A DNA stretch of 64,000 nt from Ostreococcus lucimarinus (Eukaryota): NCBI GenBank assembly GCA_000092065.1, contig CP000599.1; one strand, written 5' to 3'. Shown here piece by piece: positions 8,158 through 17,889 of the stretch (position 1 is the stretch's first letter; each line of letters opens with the position of its first letter). The notes under the pieces are model-generated. The model saw only the letters and a list, made by a program, of their open reading frames with translations, searched no databases and was not told the DNA's origin. The translations under genes were made by a program, and so were the position numbers.

Positions 8158-10020
8158 ATGGCGCGCTGGAAGCGCCGCGCGGCCGCCTCGCGCCGCGCGT
8201 GCGCGATCGCGGCGTGCGCGATGGTATTGTCGACCCGCACCGCGCGCGCCGCGCCGACGCGCTCCAGATTCGCGACGCGACGGCTCGACGACGATCGATT
8301 CGCGGCGCCCGTCGTGACGCGCGCGACGCCGCGGCGAGGCCACGCGAGCGGCGGCGCCGACGTCGCGGTCCGCGGCGCGCGATTCGCGTCGGACGCGTCG
8401 CGCGTGCGGTGCGCGTTCGCGTTCGACGACGGCGAGGTGGTGGTGACGCGAGCGACGGCGGCGCCGCGCGACGAGACGACGCGCGAAAGCGAACGCGTCG
8501 TCGTCTGCGTCGCGCCGCGCGCGCGACGCGGCAAACGCGGCGCGGCGCAGATATTGCTGAAAAACGGCGACGACGGCGCGTGGAGCGGGACGGCGGGGAA
8601 CTGGGCGTACGGCGATGGGAACACGTTCGCGACGTACGAGTACGACGACAGCGACCCGGGGTGCTACGGGTGTCGAGGATCGGCGACGGCGATCGCGAGT
8701 CGGCCGAGGGAGACGTGGGCGTTGGTGGGGGATCGCGCGGTGAACGCGGGACCGGCGGAGGGAGGGACGACGATTCGCGTCAAGGCGTTCGGCGCGAACG
8801 CGAACGCGAACGCGGTCGGCGGGACGTTTTATCCGGGCGCGAATTTAAAGTGCGGCGTGGCGTGCGCGACGACGGTCGGCAGCGGATGGCTGCGGGTCAC
8901 GATGCCGGCGAAGTGGATCGCGTACGACGAGATCGAGTGCGTGACGCCGAGGTGGCCGGGGATCGGGGCGACGAGCGGGACGCCGTCGACGACGTGTCAC
9001 GTTCGAGCGTCGAACGACGGCGGCGAGCGATTCGACGATCTCGTCGCGGCGGGGGGGGACGGCGATGGGACGTTCGCGACGCCGATGGCGAACGCGGCGA
9101 AGATTGACTTCACGTACGACGCGAGCGGCGCCGCGCCGAGCGTGAGCTCGGTGGAGACGTCGCGCGCGCCCGCGGCGAGCGCGCGGGGCGCGCGGGGACC
9201 GTTCGACGGCGGGACCGTGGTCACCGTGCGAGGGAGCGGGTTTTTATCGAGCTCGAACTTGGCGTGCAAATTTTTCGATCCGCTCGGGAACGAGGTCGTG
9301 GTGCGCGCCTCGTACGAGAGCTCGAGCGAGGTTCGATGCGCGTCGCCGTCGCAAATCGCGAGCGTCGACCCGTACGCGGTGGATTACGTCGCGATGACGT
9401 CACCGTGCTACGCCTCCGCCGTGCACGTGTCGAACACCGGTCTCGTCGGCTCGTGGAGCGCCGCGAACTCGGCGCCGACGGCGCAGTTCTTCTATTGCGA
9501 CTTGTACGTCGACTCGAGCGCGGCGTCGGCGTCGAGCGCCGACGGGAGCGCTCTGAAACCGTTCGACACGATTCAACGCGCGCTGCAGTCAGCCTTGACC
9601 GGCGTCCAGAGCGCGAGCGACACGCACATCGGGCGCGAGTTCGCCCTCGCGAATCCCACGGCGAACGCGCTGTTGAACGCCGACGTCGTCCGGCTCGCCC
9701 CCGGCGCGTACGCCGGCGCCGGCGCCGTCAGGCTCGTCGCCGACCCCACGTCCTCGGTCCGCGTGCGCGCCGCGACGGGCGTCGCGTCCGCCGCCGCCGA
9801 CCGCGCGTACATCGATTGCGAGGGCTCGAACCCACTCTTCGCCGATCTCGACGCGCAGTCGTCGTCGTCGCGCGTCGCCGTCGTCGTCGACCCCGACGTC
9901 GCCGTCGTTCGATGTCGCGACGCCGACGCGAGCGTCTACGGCGTCGAGAGTTGCGAGACCATCGTCGCGACCGATGGGTCGGGCGTCACCGCGCGGACGT
10001 GTAATTTCGCCGCCGCCTAG
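8158..10020 (+). CDS. Secreted protein with two IPT/TIG domains and a C-terminal right-handed beta-helix-like region
   Basis: Signal-peptide-like N-terminus (MARWKRRAAASRRACAIAACAMVLS). IPT/TIG signatures GGTTIRVKAFGAN...LKCGVACATT...IECVTP and GGTVVTVRGSGFLSSSNLACKF...VRCASPS. The motif KPFDTIQRALQSA...VVRLAPGAYAG is typical of the pectin-lyase fold N-terminus. Confidence 0.5.
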   Translation: MARWKRRAAASRRACAIAACAMVLSTRTARAAPTRSRFATRRLDDDRFAAPVVTRATPRRGHASGGADVAVRGARFASDASRVRCAFAFDDGEVVVTRATAAPRDETTRESERVVVCVAPRARRGKRGAAQILLKNGDDGAWSGTAGNWAYGDGNTFATYEYDDSDPGCYGCRGSATAIASRPRETWALVGDRAVNAGPAEGGTTIRVKAFGANANANAVGGTFYPGANLKCGVACATTVGSGWLRVTMPAKWIAYDEIECVTPRWPGIGATSGTPSTTCHVRASNDGGERFDDLVAAGGDGDGTFATPMANAAKIDFTYDASGAAPSVSSVETSRAPAASARGARGPFDGGTVVTVRGSGFLSSSNLACKFFDPLGNEVVVRASYESSSEVRCASPSQIASVDPYAVDYVAMTSPCYASAVHVSNTGLVGSWSAANSAPTAQFFYCDLYVDSSAASASSADGSALKPFDTIQRALQSALTGVQSASDTHIGREFALANPTANALLNADVVRLAPGAYAGAGAVRLVADPTSSVRVRAATGVASAAADRAYIDCEGSNPLFADLDAQSSSSRVAVVVDPDVAVVRCRDADASVYGVESCETIVATDGSGVTARTCNFAAA

Positions 10021-10545
10021 CCCCCGCGCGCGCGCGCCGTCGACGCGCGCGCGGCGACCCGCGACCCGTAACACCGCGCGCGTGCGCGCGCGCGTCCCGG
10101 TGGCCACCCCTTTGAGTCCCAATTCGACAACACCCCCCAAGCGCCACGGAACAGTGGTATCATCGAACCGATCGTCGAATGCCGTATTTCGATGGCACTG
10201 AGCCCCATTAACTCAGTTGGTTAGAGTGTAGTGCTTATATCCGCCCGGATGTGCCCGAGTCGCGCGCGCGCGCGACGGACGCCTACGCTGGAAACGCTAA
10301 AGTCGCGAGATCGAGGCTCGCATGGGGCAGCTCTTTTTTATCGCGCGTCGTCGTCGTCCCGACGCGCGCGATTCGCGCGCGCGCGCGCGCGTCGCGTGCG
10401 CGACGAGCGTCCTGGAGTCGTCGCATATAACGTATTTTAAGTGGTATCACTCGACATCTGCGTATACTATATATCGTCTGACTATAACCCATACCCGTGT
10501 GTCAGAACACCTGCATTCGCGCCACATCGCGACGCGCACGCGTCC

Positions 10546-11073
10546 ATGGCGCCCGTCGACGGCGCGGACGACCGCGACGCCGACGCGCTCGCGTGCGGAT
10601 TGCCCACGAACGTCTTCGTCCGCCCCGCGGGCGCGCGCGAACCCGCGGACGTCGTCGACGAGGTCCTGGACGCGCTGCGCCTCGACGCGCTGCGACGCAG
10701 TCACGCGCTGCGCGCGCCGCGCGATCGCCTGCGCGTGACGCTCGCGGCGTACGCGATGGATCTGCTGTACAGATTCGCGAACGAAGCGAGGTGCGAGACG
10801 AAATCGGGGGCGATGAAGCGCGCGATGGAGGACGCGCTGGGGCGATTCGCGTGCCCGGGGGACGCGGATTACGACTTGGCGAGCGTGTGCGCGGCGCCGA
10901 GGACGGACGAGGAGCGGGAGCGGTATCGAAGGTTCGTGCGAAGGTGTCGAGAGGCGATCGCGGTGAGGATGGTGGAGCGGTGTTACGTCGCGGAGGATGG
11001 GACGAGGGATAAATTTTGGATGGCGTTCGCGAGGCGACGATTTTTAAACCGACCGCCGCCGAAGATTTCGTGA
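10546..11073 (+). CDS. Hypothetical small protein (175 aa)
   Basis: ORF with non-repetitive composition (MAPVDGADDRD...DLLYRFANEARCETKSGAMKRAMEDALGRF...). No family recognised. Confidence 0.3.
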   Translation: MAPVDGADDRDADALACGLPTNVFVRPAGAREPADVVDEVLDALRLDALRRSHALRAPRDRLRVTLAAYAMDLLYRFANEARCETKSGAMKRAMEDALGRFACPGDADYDLASVCAAPRTDEERERYRRFVRRCREAIAVRMVERCYVAEDGTRDKFWMAFARRRFLNRPPPKIS

Positions 11074-11155
11074 GCGATGGATCGATCGCGCGAGCGGTGT
11101 TCGGTGTTGTGACAAGAGTACATGGCGATGCTTTATTTCGGGACGCGACGCGACG

Positions 11156-12262
11156 CTACGAAGATGGGAACGAAAACACGTCCGCGGGATGACCGCCGTC
11201 GCCGCCGGGGTTGATTCGATTCGCTTGCTTCAACGCCAGCGCCTCCTCCTCGCGCACTTGACGAATCAGCTCGGCTTGGTGCTTCAGTCGCTCGGCGCGG
11301 TCGATGTCCAGCTGCGTCGCCGCACGCGATGCGCTCTTTCCTTTTCGCGTCGCCGACGCGTCGCCCGCGTCCATCATCTCGACGTCGTCGGCGCTCGCCG
11401 CGTCGACGGCGCCGGCGGCGATCCACTCGTGCGCCAACGCTTGCTCCGCGCTCAACCGCTCGTTGGCGTCGGTTTCGAGTAAACCAGCGACTAAACTCTT
11501 CGCGGGATTACTGATGAAATCCCACACCCCGGGCTCCAAGTGATAGATGCCGTCGCGTATGTTTTGATAAAGCACGCTCTCGTCTTCGTGATCGAACGGC
11601 GAGTACCCGCTCAAGAGGGCGAACAAAATCACCCCCACGCTCCACATGTCGCACGCGGGAGAGTAAAACTCGTTCTCGTCTTTCGACGTCTCCAATTCTA
11701 AAATCTCGGGCGCGATGTACAGCGGGCTCCCGCACACCGTTCGCATCGTCTGTCCCTCGGGCTTGAACCGCGCCAACCCGAAATCGATGAGCTTCACCGT
11801 CGGTCGATCCCCGTCGTCGCTCAACAAAATATTCTCCAACTTCAAATCTCTGTGCACGATATCTCTCGCGTGCATGTGCGCCACGGCGTGCAACACCTGC
11901 GCGATCACCGACCGCGCCTCGTCCTCCGCGAACGACCCGACGCGCGACACGCGTTCGAGCAACTCGCCGCCCTGGACGAGTTCGCAAATCATAAACACGT
12001 TTCGATCCGTCACGTACGTCGCGTACAGCTCCACGACATTCACGTGTCGTATCTCCGAGAGCACCTCCACCTCGCGATCGAACGATCGATCCGTCGGCGC
12101 GTACTTGCTCTTATCCACCACCTTGATGGCCACGTCTCGCCCCGTCGCCTTTTCCCGCGCGCGCGCCACCGTACTGAACCCTCCCGTACCGATCTTCTCC
12201 AGCACCTCGTACGCGTCCGTGATCGTCGTCACGTCTTTGCATCGCACGAGTTTACCCCTCAT
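11156..12262 (-). CDS. Ca2+/calmodulin-dependent protein kinase-like Ser/Thr kinase
   Basis: GTGGFSTV glycine loop, AIKVV, HRDLKLENILL, DFG, SPLYIAPE and a C-terminal regulatory helix region. The ORF is uninterrupted. Confidence 0.8.
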   Translation of the reverse strand: MRGKLVRCKDVTTITDAYEVLEKIGTGGFSTVARAREKATGRDVAIKVVDKSKYAPTDRSFDREVEVLSEIRHVNVVELYATYVTDRNVFMICELVQGGELLERVSRVGSFAEDEARSVIAQVLHAVAHMHARDIVHRDLKLENILLSDDGDRPTVKLIDFGLARFKPEGQTMRTVCGSPLYIAPEILELETSKDENEFYSPACDMWSVGVILFALLSGYSPFDHEDESVLYQNIRDGIYHLEPGVWDFISNPAKSLVAGLLETDANERLSAEQALAHEWIAAGAVDAASADDVEMMDAGDASATRKGKSASRAATQLDIDRAERLKHQAELIRQVREEEALALKQANRINPGGDGGHPADVFSFPSS

Positions 12263-12751
12263 CCCTCGGAAGAGACCTCCTTCGTCGTCGCGCGTCTCGC
12301 CGTCGCGCGTCCTCGTCGCCGCCCCGTCCCGAGCGCTCGCCGTCGCCGCGCGAATCCTAAATCCCTCTCGTATACACCGCGCGCGCCCTCGATCGCCTCG
12401 CGCGTCCCCCCGACCCGGTCGTCACCGCTCGAATCGCGCTCTCCGAGTGTCGCTCGATCGTTTTCGGCCGAGCCCGCGTCGCGGTCGGCGTCGCGCGCGC
12501 GCGATTCGCCAATCACAATTCACCAATCCGACCCGAAAATCGCCGTCTCCCGCGTCGATGCCCACCTAGTCGAGCGCTCGACCGCGTTCGCGACCGCCGA
12601 GTCGACCGCGTTCGCGCGCTCGACGATCGACGCGCGCGCGCCGCGCTCGAACGCGTCGCGGTGCGCCGATCGCGATCGGCATCGCAAAACTAACAACGAC
12701 CGTCGACCGCACTGATCGTCGCGCGAAAATATCTTCCGCGACCAGGACGCG

Positions 12752-13282
12752 ATGACCGCGCTCGACGCCGCGGCCGCGGCGGACGAGGCGCTGTCCACGG
12801 TGTGGCGCTTCGCGACGTACGCGCTCGCGGCGCTGCTGTACGGGTTCGCGCTGTTCGTCAACCTGTACGTCCTCGCGGCGCTCGACGACCTGCAGGCGGA
12901 CTTAGTGAACCCGCACGACGCGTCGAGGCGGATCAATCGATTGGTGAATCACGAGATCGCGGCGCACGCGTGCGCGAGCGCGCTGATGCTGTGCGGCGGG
13001 CACTACGCGCTGTTCGCGGCGAACGCGCCGATGATGTACTGGGAACATAAGCGGCGCGAGGCGAGGACGCTGCGGATAGACGCGACGGAGATATTCGCGC
13101 GCGCCGATAGCGAGAGGAAGATACGAACGCGAAAATTGGCGTTTTTAGGGGTCGTGGAGCTCATCGTGGCGTACAGGGTGACGCACAGCGCGGCGCACGC
13201 GCTGTTGACCAAGGCGGGACGGGAGGCGGCGGCGAAGATTTTGAGAGACGCCGCGCACTCGCCCATGTATCACATGTTTTGA
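12752..13282 (+). CDS. Cornichon family ER cargo receptor (Erv14/CNIH-like)
   Basis: YALAALLYGFALFVNLYVLAALDDLQADLVNPHD...HEIAAHACASALMLCGGHYALF...MMYWE matches the cornichon pattern (DELKTDYKNPID...). Confidence 0.7.
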   Translation: MTALDAAAAADEALSTVWRFATYALAALLYGFALFVNLYVLAALDDLQADLVNPHDASRRINRLVNHEIAAHACASALMLCGGHYALFAANAPMMYWEHKRREARTLRIDATEIFARADSERKIRTRKLAFLGVVELIVAYRVTHSAAHALLTKAGREAAAKILRDAAHSPMYHMF

Positions 13283-13467
13283 CGATCGCGCGCGTGATTT
13301 TACATTCGCGATTACGCGGCGCTGAGTATCGGATCGGGCGTCGCTTCGCGATCGCGCGGTTCGCGTTTTTAGCGACGATTCGTCGACGCGTCGACGCGTA
13401 ATCAATGTAATCAATCAACGCGATTCTTAATAAATGAACGCGCGATTCTTACGACCCGCGCGCGCGC

Positions 13468-14247
13468 TCACCCCCCGTTCGGATCGTCCCGCGTCTTGAT
13501 CACCCCGTACGCGCTCGAGAACGCCAAAAACCCCCCCACGAAGGGCGTGAAGAACGGATACAGCCGCTCGCTCACGAACCCGTCCACCGCCTCCGGCATC
13601 TTCCCGAACGCGCTCACCCCCAAGACGACCCCCAAAACGAATATCACGCCCACGTACGCGAACAAAAACGTCACGTACGCCTCCTCGGTCTCCTGCCCCA
13701 TGGTCTTCTCGCGCTTCCCCAGCAGCGCGTCCACCGCCGGCGAGTCCACCTCCACCGTCGCGCGTCGCGTCGTCTTCCCCCGTCGTCGCTTCGACTTCGA
13801 TCGCGGTTCGTACGCGAACGCACGCGGTTCCGCGCCGTCGCGTTGTGCGTCTTCGCGTCGCGCGTCGTCGACGTCGTCGTCGCGCGTCGCGTCGTCGTCG
13901 TCGTCGCGCTGTTGTTCCGCCCACGTCTTCTTCGCGCAGATTCGCGTCGCCGGCGGTCGACGCGCCGTCGTTGGACGTCGCGCGTCGACGCGACGTCGCG
14001 AGTGTGCGTCGGCGCGAGCGCGCGCGAGGATTCGCGTCGCCATCGTCGCGAAGAGCGGTGCGACGTCACCGCGGGCGTCCGCGTCAAGCGATGGATCCGG
14101 CCGCGCTCTAAACCCTAGACGACCGATCGAGATGCGACGACCGATCGCGACTCGACCGCGTCGGACGCGGCGACCGCGAATGCAAACACATCCCACGCGC
14201 GCGGTGTGTTGTACGACGACGATATCGTCGTCGTATAACACACCCAT
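13468..14247 (-). CDS. Hypothetical protein with two C-terminal transmembrane helices (start uncertain; possibly ATG at 14043)
   Basis: C-terminus EAYVTFLFAYVGVIFVLGVVLGVSAFGK...FVGGFLAFSSAYGVIKTRD. The N-terminal 60 aa are low-complexity read-through. Confidence 0.3.
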   Translation of the reverse strand: MGVLYDDDIVVVQHTARVGCVCIRGRRVRRGRVAIGRRISIGRLGFRARPDPSLDADARGDVAPLFATMATRILARARADAHSRRRVDARRPTTARRPPATRICAKKTWAEQQRDDDDDATRDDDVDDARREDAQRDGAEPRAFAYEPRSKSKRRRGKTTRRATVEVDSPAVDALLGKREKTMGQETEEAYVTFLFAYVGVIFVLGVVLGVSAFGKMPEAVDGFVSERLYPFFTPFVGGFLAFSSAYGVIKTRDDPNGG

Positions 14248-14511
14248 TTACTTTTTAGTACACCAAAAAGTAAATGCAATTATGGTATTTCATTATTTCA
14301 TACGAGTACCCCATAACGACGAGTCGTGACCCATACGGTAAAAATATCACGTCCCGCCAGTCCGGTCCCCATATACTATGAGATTTGTTACGATATATGT
14401 ACACAGCGTGCGGTGCGGCGGGTGGATGCTCGGTCGTGCGGGTGTGGATGGTGTGGTGTCTTGATGACGAGTCATGACTCGTCGTATGTATGGCACATGT
14501 GACACGGCGCC

Positions 14512-15240
14512 TTACATGTCGCCGCGAATCTGCGGGTACGGATGCGTGCAATAGCCGGTCGTTTCGTCCACGAACTGTCTCGCGCAGTTGCACGGCGGTT
14601 CATTGGTGACTATGAGGCCGGAGAGATGGGGCTCGGTGGACAACGCCGCCGCGTCCTCATCGTTCAGAGCGATCACGATCCAGCGCTGATAGACGCGTTG
14701 GGCCTTGTCCCCGTTTGATCTCAAGTAAGAGTGCGACTGCGTCTTGACGTACACGTGATACTTTTCAAACCTCGCGTTCGCGTTGGTTTGCCACTCGCGA
14801 AGAGCCGCGTCGAACGCTTTGCATCGCCGCTCCCTGAGTGGAAATTTCTCACCTTCCTTTCTCATGAAGAAGGGAATCAAACAGCCGACGGTGAGCAGGC
14901 TGCCGAAGAAGCAGCCCACAATATTGGGAGTCTGCGCGATGCACCCGCGACAACCAGCCTCGGGGAAATGTTCGTTCTCGATCGCGTCGAGCTGCTCGAC
15001 GAACACGTCGTGATACTCTTCCGGAGACATTCCGACGGCTTCGAGCGCGCGCGGCGTCTTCGTCATGTCCGCGCGCCGGAGCATTTGACGCGGTCCGAAG
15101 CATCCCTGTCCGCCGTACATCGTCAGGTTCAATCGCACGACCACCTTTACACCGTCCTTCCCTTTGCCGTACACCTCTCGCTTACGCCATTGGGGGCCCA
15201 ATTTCTTCATTTCTTTGGCCATTTTGGCGCAACATCCCAT
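14512..15240 (-). CDS. Cys-rich putative membrane protein with an MGCC N-terminus
   Basis: Internal ATG chosen, giving MGCCAKMAKEMKK... Also CxxC (GCRGC), one hydrophobic span IVGCFFGSLLTVGCLIPFF and a C-terminal PPCNC...C. The longer ORF extends to 15327. Confidence 0.4.
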   Translation of the reverse strand: MGCCAKMAKEMKKLGPQWRKREVYGKGKDGVKVVVRLNLTMYGGQGCFGPRQMLRRADMTKTPRALEAVGMSPEEYHDVFVEQLDAIENEHFPEAGCRGCIAQTPNIVGCFFGSLLTVGCLIPFFMRKEGEKFPLRERRCKAFDAALREWQTNANARFEKYHVYVKTQSHSYLRSNGDKAQRVYQRWIVIALNDEDAAALSTEPHLSGLIVTNEPPCNCARQFVDETTGYCTHPYPQIRGDM

Positions 15241-15660
15241 CGGTGGCGCCTCTTCGACCTCGTCCTTCGCAGTCGTCATCCCCGCGGGCGAGGGCGCGCG
15301 ATTCACGTCCGCCCCCGTCGACGCCATGGACGCACGCGACGCGATCTGCGCGCCGCAATTCCTCCGCCGGAAAACCGGAGGACTCTAAACCCTACTAAAA
15401 ATCGAGTTTCAGAAAAGGCCCGTTTTTGGAAGCATGCTAGTGGAACCTGAGTAAAAAGTGGCCAATTCTACAGTCCATGCTCGTACGGTTTTTCATAATA
15501 CTTTATATCATTATCATATATACCGAATGTCCGAACACACACACACACCATCGCATCGCTAGGGGTGCTTGAATCCGGTATTGGGAATTTCCCAATACGT
15601 ATCGGCGTATTGGGCCGGTATCGGCCGAATGTCCGAACGCGTAAATCGTATGGGCAAACA

Positions 15661-15736
15661 GTATTAAACAGCTGATACGAGCTGATACGAGCTGATACGA
15701 GCTGATACGAGCTGATACGAGCTGGTACGAGCTGGT
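15661..15736. repeat. 10-bp microsatellite (CGAGCTGATA)n, about 7.5 copies (last copies GG variant)
   Basis: gctgatacgagctgatacgagctgatacgagctgatacgagctgatacgagctggtacgagctggtacg read directly. Confidence 0.9.
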
Positions 15737-15764
15737 ACGACGGTGGCGAATCGAATCGAATCGA

Positions 15765-16170
15765 CACATCGCACTCGTCACGCGTATTATACGACAATAC
15801 ATACCGTACAACACCCCACACGAATACCATCAATCATCAATCAATCGCGCGCACGACAAAAGACATCGACGCGCGTCCGACGACGCATCGCCACGACCCA
15901 CCACACGGCACTCGTCACGCGTATTATACGACAATACATACCGTACAACACACCACACGAAACCCATCAATCAATCGCGCGCACGACAAAAGCCATCGAC
16001 GCGCGTCCGACGACGCATCGCCACGACCCACCACACGGCACTCGTGACGCGTATTATACGACAATACATACCGTACAACACACCACACGAAACCCATCAA
16101 TCAATCGCGCGCACGCACCGTTCGAAATCGCGCCTTAGCGCGTCATTCCCGTCGACGCGCCGCGTCATGT
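15765..16170. repeat. Minisatellite: 3 tandem copies of a 130-146-bp unit in a divergent promoter
   Basis: Unit ctcgtcacgcgtattatacgacaatacataccgtacaacacaccacacgaaacccatcaatcaatcgcgcgcacgacaaaagccatcgacgcgcgtccgacgacgcatcgccacgacccaccacacggca starts at about 15765, 15911 and 16041. Confidence 0.85.
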
Positions 16171-17819
16171 CGCGCGACGACGCCGACGCGCTTCGCGCGC
16201 GCGAGACGTGCGTCGCGGTCGTGCGCTTCGCGCGAACCCTCGCCCTCGAGCGCGGGCGCGCGAACGACGACGACGCGTCGCGCGCGCACCGCGCGCGGCT
16301 GCTGCGACTCCGCGCGCGACTCGCGCGCGTGCGCGCGCAACCGCGACGCGCGCGGCGCGAGCGATGCGCGAGCGACGGCGTCGGCGCGCTGTTGGCGCTG
16401 CTGCGACACGCGCCGTGCGCGCACGAGAGCCTCGGCGACGAGAGAAGACGGGACAGGGGATGGACGGGACGCGGGATGGCGAGGACGGGGACGATTCGCG
16501 TCGGCGCGGCGCACCAGGCGCGCGTCGAGGCAAAGTGCGCGACGCGCGCGACGTTCGAGCGAGGGAAGATGAGCGAGAGGGAAAAACGGTTGGCGGGTCG
16601 CGTCGCGTGGCCGAGGGCGAACGGGACGCGCGCGAAGGCGAAGGCGAGGACGCGCGCGAGCGCGACGAAGGGCGAGGGTTCGAGCGGCGCGGCGCGAGCG
16701 AACGGCGAACGCGCGGCGAAGACGGACGCGGTGAAGGATGCGGAGGAAGACGTTTCGAATAATCGACCCGGTGAACGCGGGTTTACGGATGAAGAGATCG
16801 CCGCGTCGCGCGCGGCGCTCGAGGAGGAATTGCGGCGCGGCGGCGCGGACGAAGACTCGTTGTTGGGGTTGCGCACCATCGGCGCCGCGGGGGCGCGCGA
16901 GGGGTGGGACGACGAGGAGGTGGCCGCGTTCGCGGAGCACGCGACGCGATACGGCGACGATCTCTTTCGCTTGCGCGCCAAGCTGCCGAAGAAATCGATG
17001 CGCGACGTCGTGAACTATTACTACAACGTGTGGCAGGTCGGGTTCGCGAATTACGGTCGCGTCGACGTCGAGGGCGCGGAGGAACCGGCGCCGCGCGAGC
17101 GAGCGCGACGCGGACCGGCGCCCAAGTACACCGTCGAACAGGTGCGACGGGAGAAGGATGAAAAGTCGCTGCGCGGATTCGTGGATTGGATTCGAGGCGT
17201 CGCGATCAACACCAAGCGCGCGATGCTAAACGTTCACCGAGCGCCGACGACGGCGCGCGTAAAGGGCCACATGATGACGCGCTGGCGCACCGTGACGCGG
17301 AGCGAGGACGCGGACGACGGCGTCGCGAGAGAGGCGTACTTGAAGGATTTGAAGCGACGCATGACGGCGGCGAGGTTCACGAAGGAGGAACAAGAGGCGG
17401 CGGCGAGAATGAAGACGAAAGCGAAATCGTCCAAAGCGTCGTCCGCAAAGGTGACGAAGACCGCGTCGAGTGGTGACGCGGCGACGAAGACGAAGAAGAC
17501 GGCGTCCGCGCCCGCGGACGGCGCGCCGACGCCGAAGAAACGAAAACGCCGAATCGACGATGGTCAGCCGAAGATTTGTCGAAATTGCCGAGCGATGGAA
17601 ACGAAACAGTGGCGCTTACCCGTCGAGGGCGCGGGCGTGCTTTGCAACGCGTGCGGGTTACGCGATAGAAAACAAGCGAAGAAGAACGAAGCCAGCGCCG
17701 CGGGCGAGACGGAGCCTACGCCAAAGGAAAATAAGACGCCCGATCGGGGGAAGGATGGTTTGAAGAAGAAACGCTCTCCGGGATTGAAACCGACGCCCGA
17801 CCGCAACTTTCAGCTTTAG
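16167..17819 (+). CDS. SANT/Myb-like domain plus GATA-type zinc-finger chromatin regulator (MTA-like architecture)
   Basis: SANT: GWDDEEVAAFAEHATRYGDDLFRLRAKLPKKSMRDVVNYYYNVWQ. GATA finger: CRNCRAMETKQWRLPVEGAGVLCNACGL (Cx2Cx18Cx2C, plant-type spacing). K/A-rich basic linker. Upstream ORF sequence lies inside the minisatellite, so the ATG at 16167 was chosen. Confidence 0.65.
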   Translation: MSRDDADALRARETCVAVVRFARTLALERGRANDDDASRAHRARLLRLRARLARVRAQPRRARRERCASDGVGALLALLRHAPCAHESLGDERRRDRGWTGRGMARTGTIRVGAAHQARVEAKCATRATFERGKMSEREKRLAGRVAWPRANGTRAKAKARTRASATKGEGSSGAARANGERAAKTDAVKDAEEDVSNNRPGERGFTDEEIAASRAALEEELRRGGADEDSLLGLRTIGAAGAREGWDDEEVAAFAEHATRYGDDLFRLRAKLPKKSMRDVVNYYYNVWQVGFANYGRVDVEGAEEPAPRERARRGPAPKYTVEQVRREKDEKSLRGFVDWIRGVAINTKRAMLNVHRAPTTARVKGHMMTRWRTVTRSEDADDGVAREAYLKDLKRRMTAARFTKEEQEAAARMKTKAKSSKASSAKVTKTASSGDAATKTKKTASAPADGAPTPKKRKRRIDDGQPKICRNCRAMETKQWRLPVEGAGVLCNACGLRDRKQAKKNEASAAGETEPTPKENKTPDRGKDGLKKKRSPGLKPTPDRNFQL

Positions 17820-17889
17820 TGTCGCGATTGATCGCTACACGCGACGTCGAATTGTTTACGAATACGGGAATTTTGTTGTACTATATTAT

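Noticed and set aside
10195-10270. Possible tRNA gene (D-arm TAACTCAGTTGGTTAGAGTG).
   Set aside because: Only the 5' third looks tRNA-like. I could not fold an anticodon stem or a T-arm on either strand. Kept as a low-interest finding, not an annotated tRNA.
15661-16170. Considered whether the regularly spaced direct repeats (also 39643-40026, 20997-21190) could be a CRISPR array.
   Set aside because: Units are contiguous tandem copies with no unique spacers. The contig is eukaryotic (spliceosomal introns, telomere). These are minisatellites.
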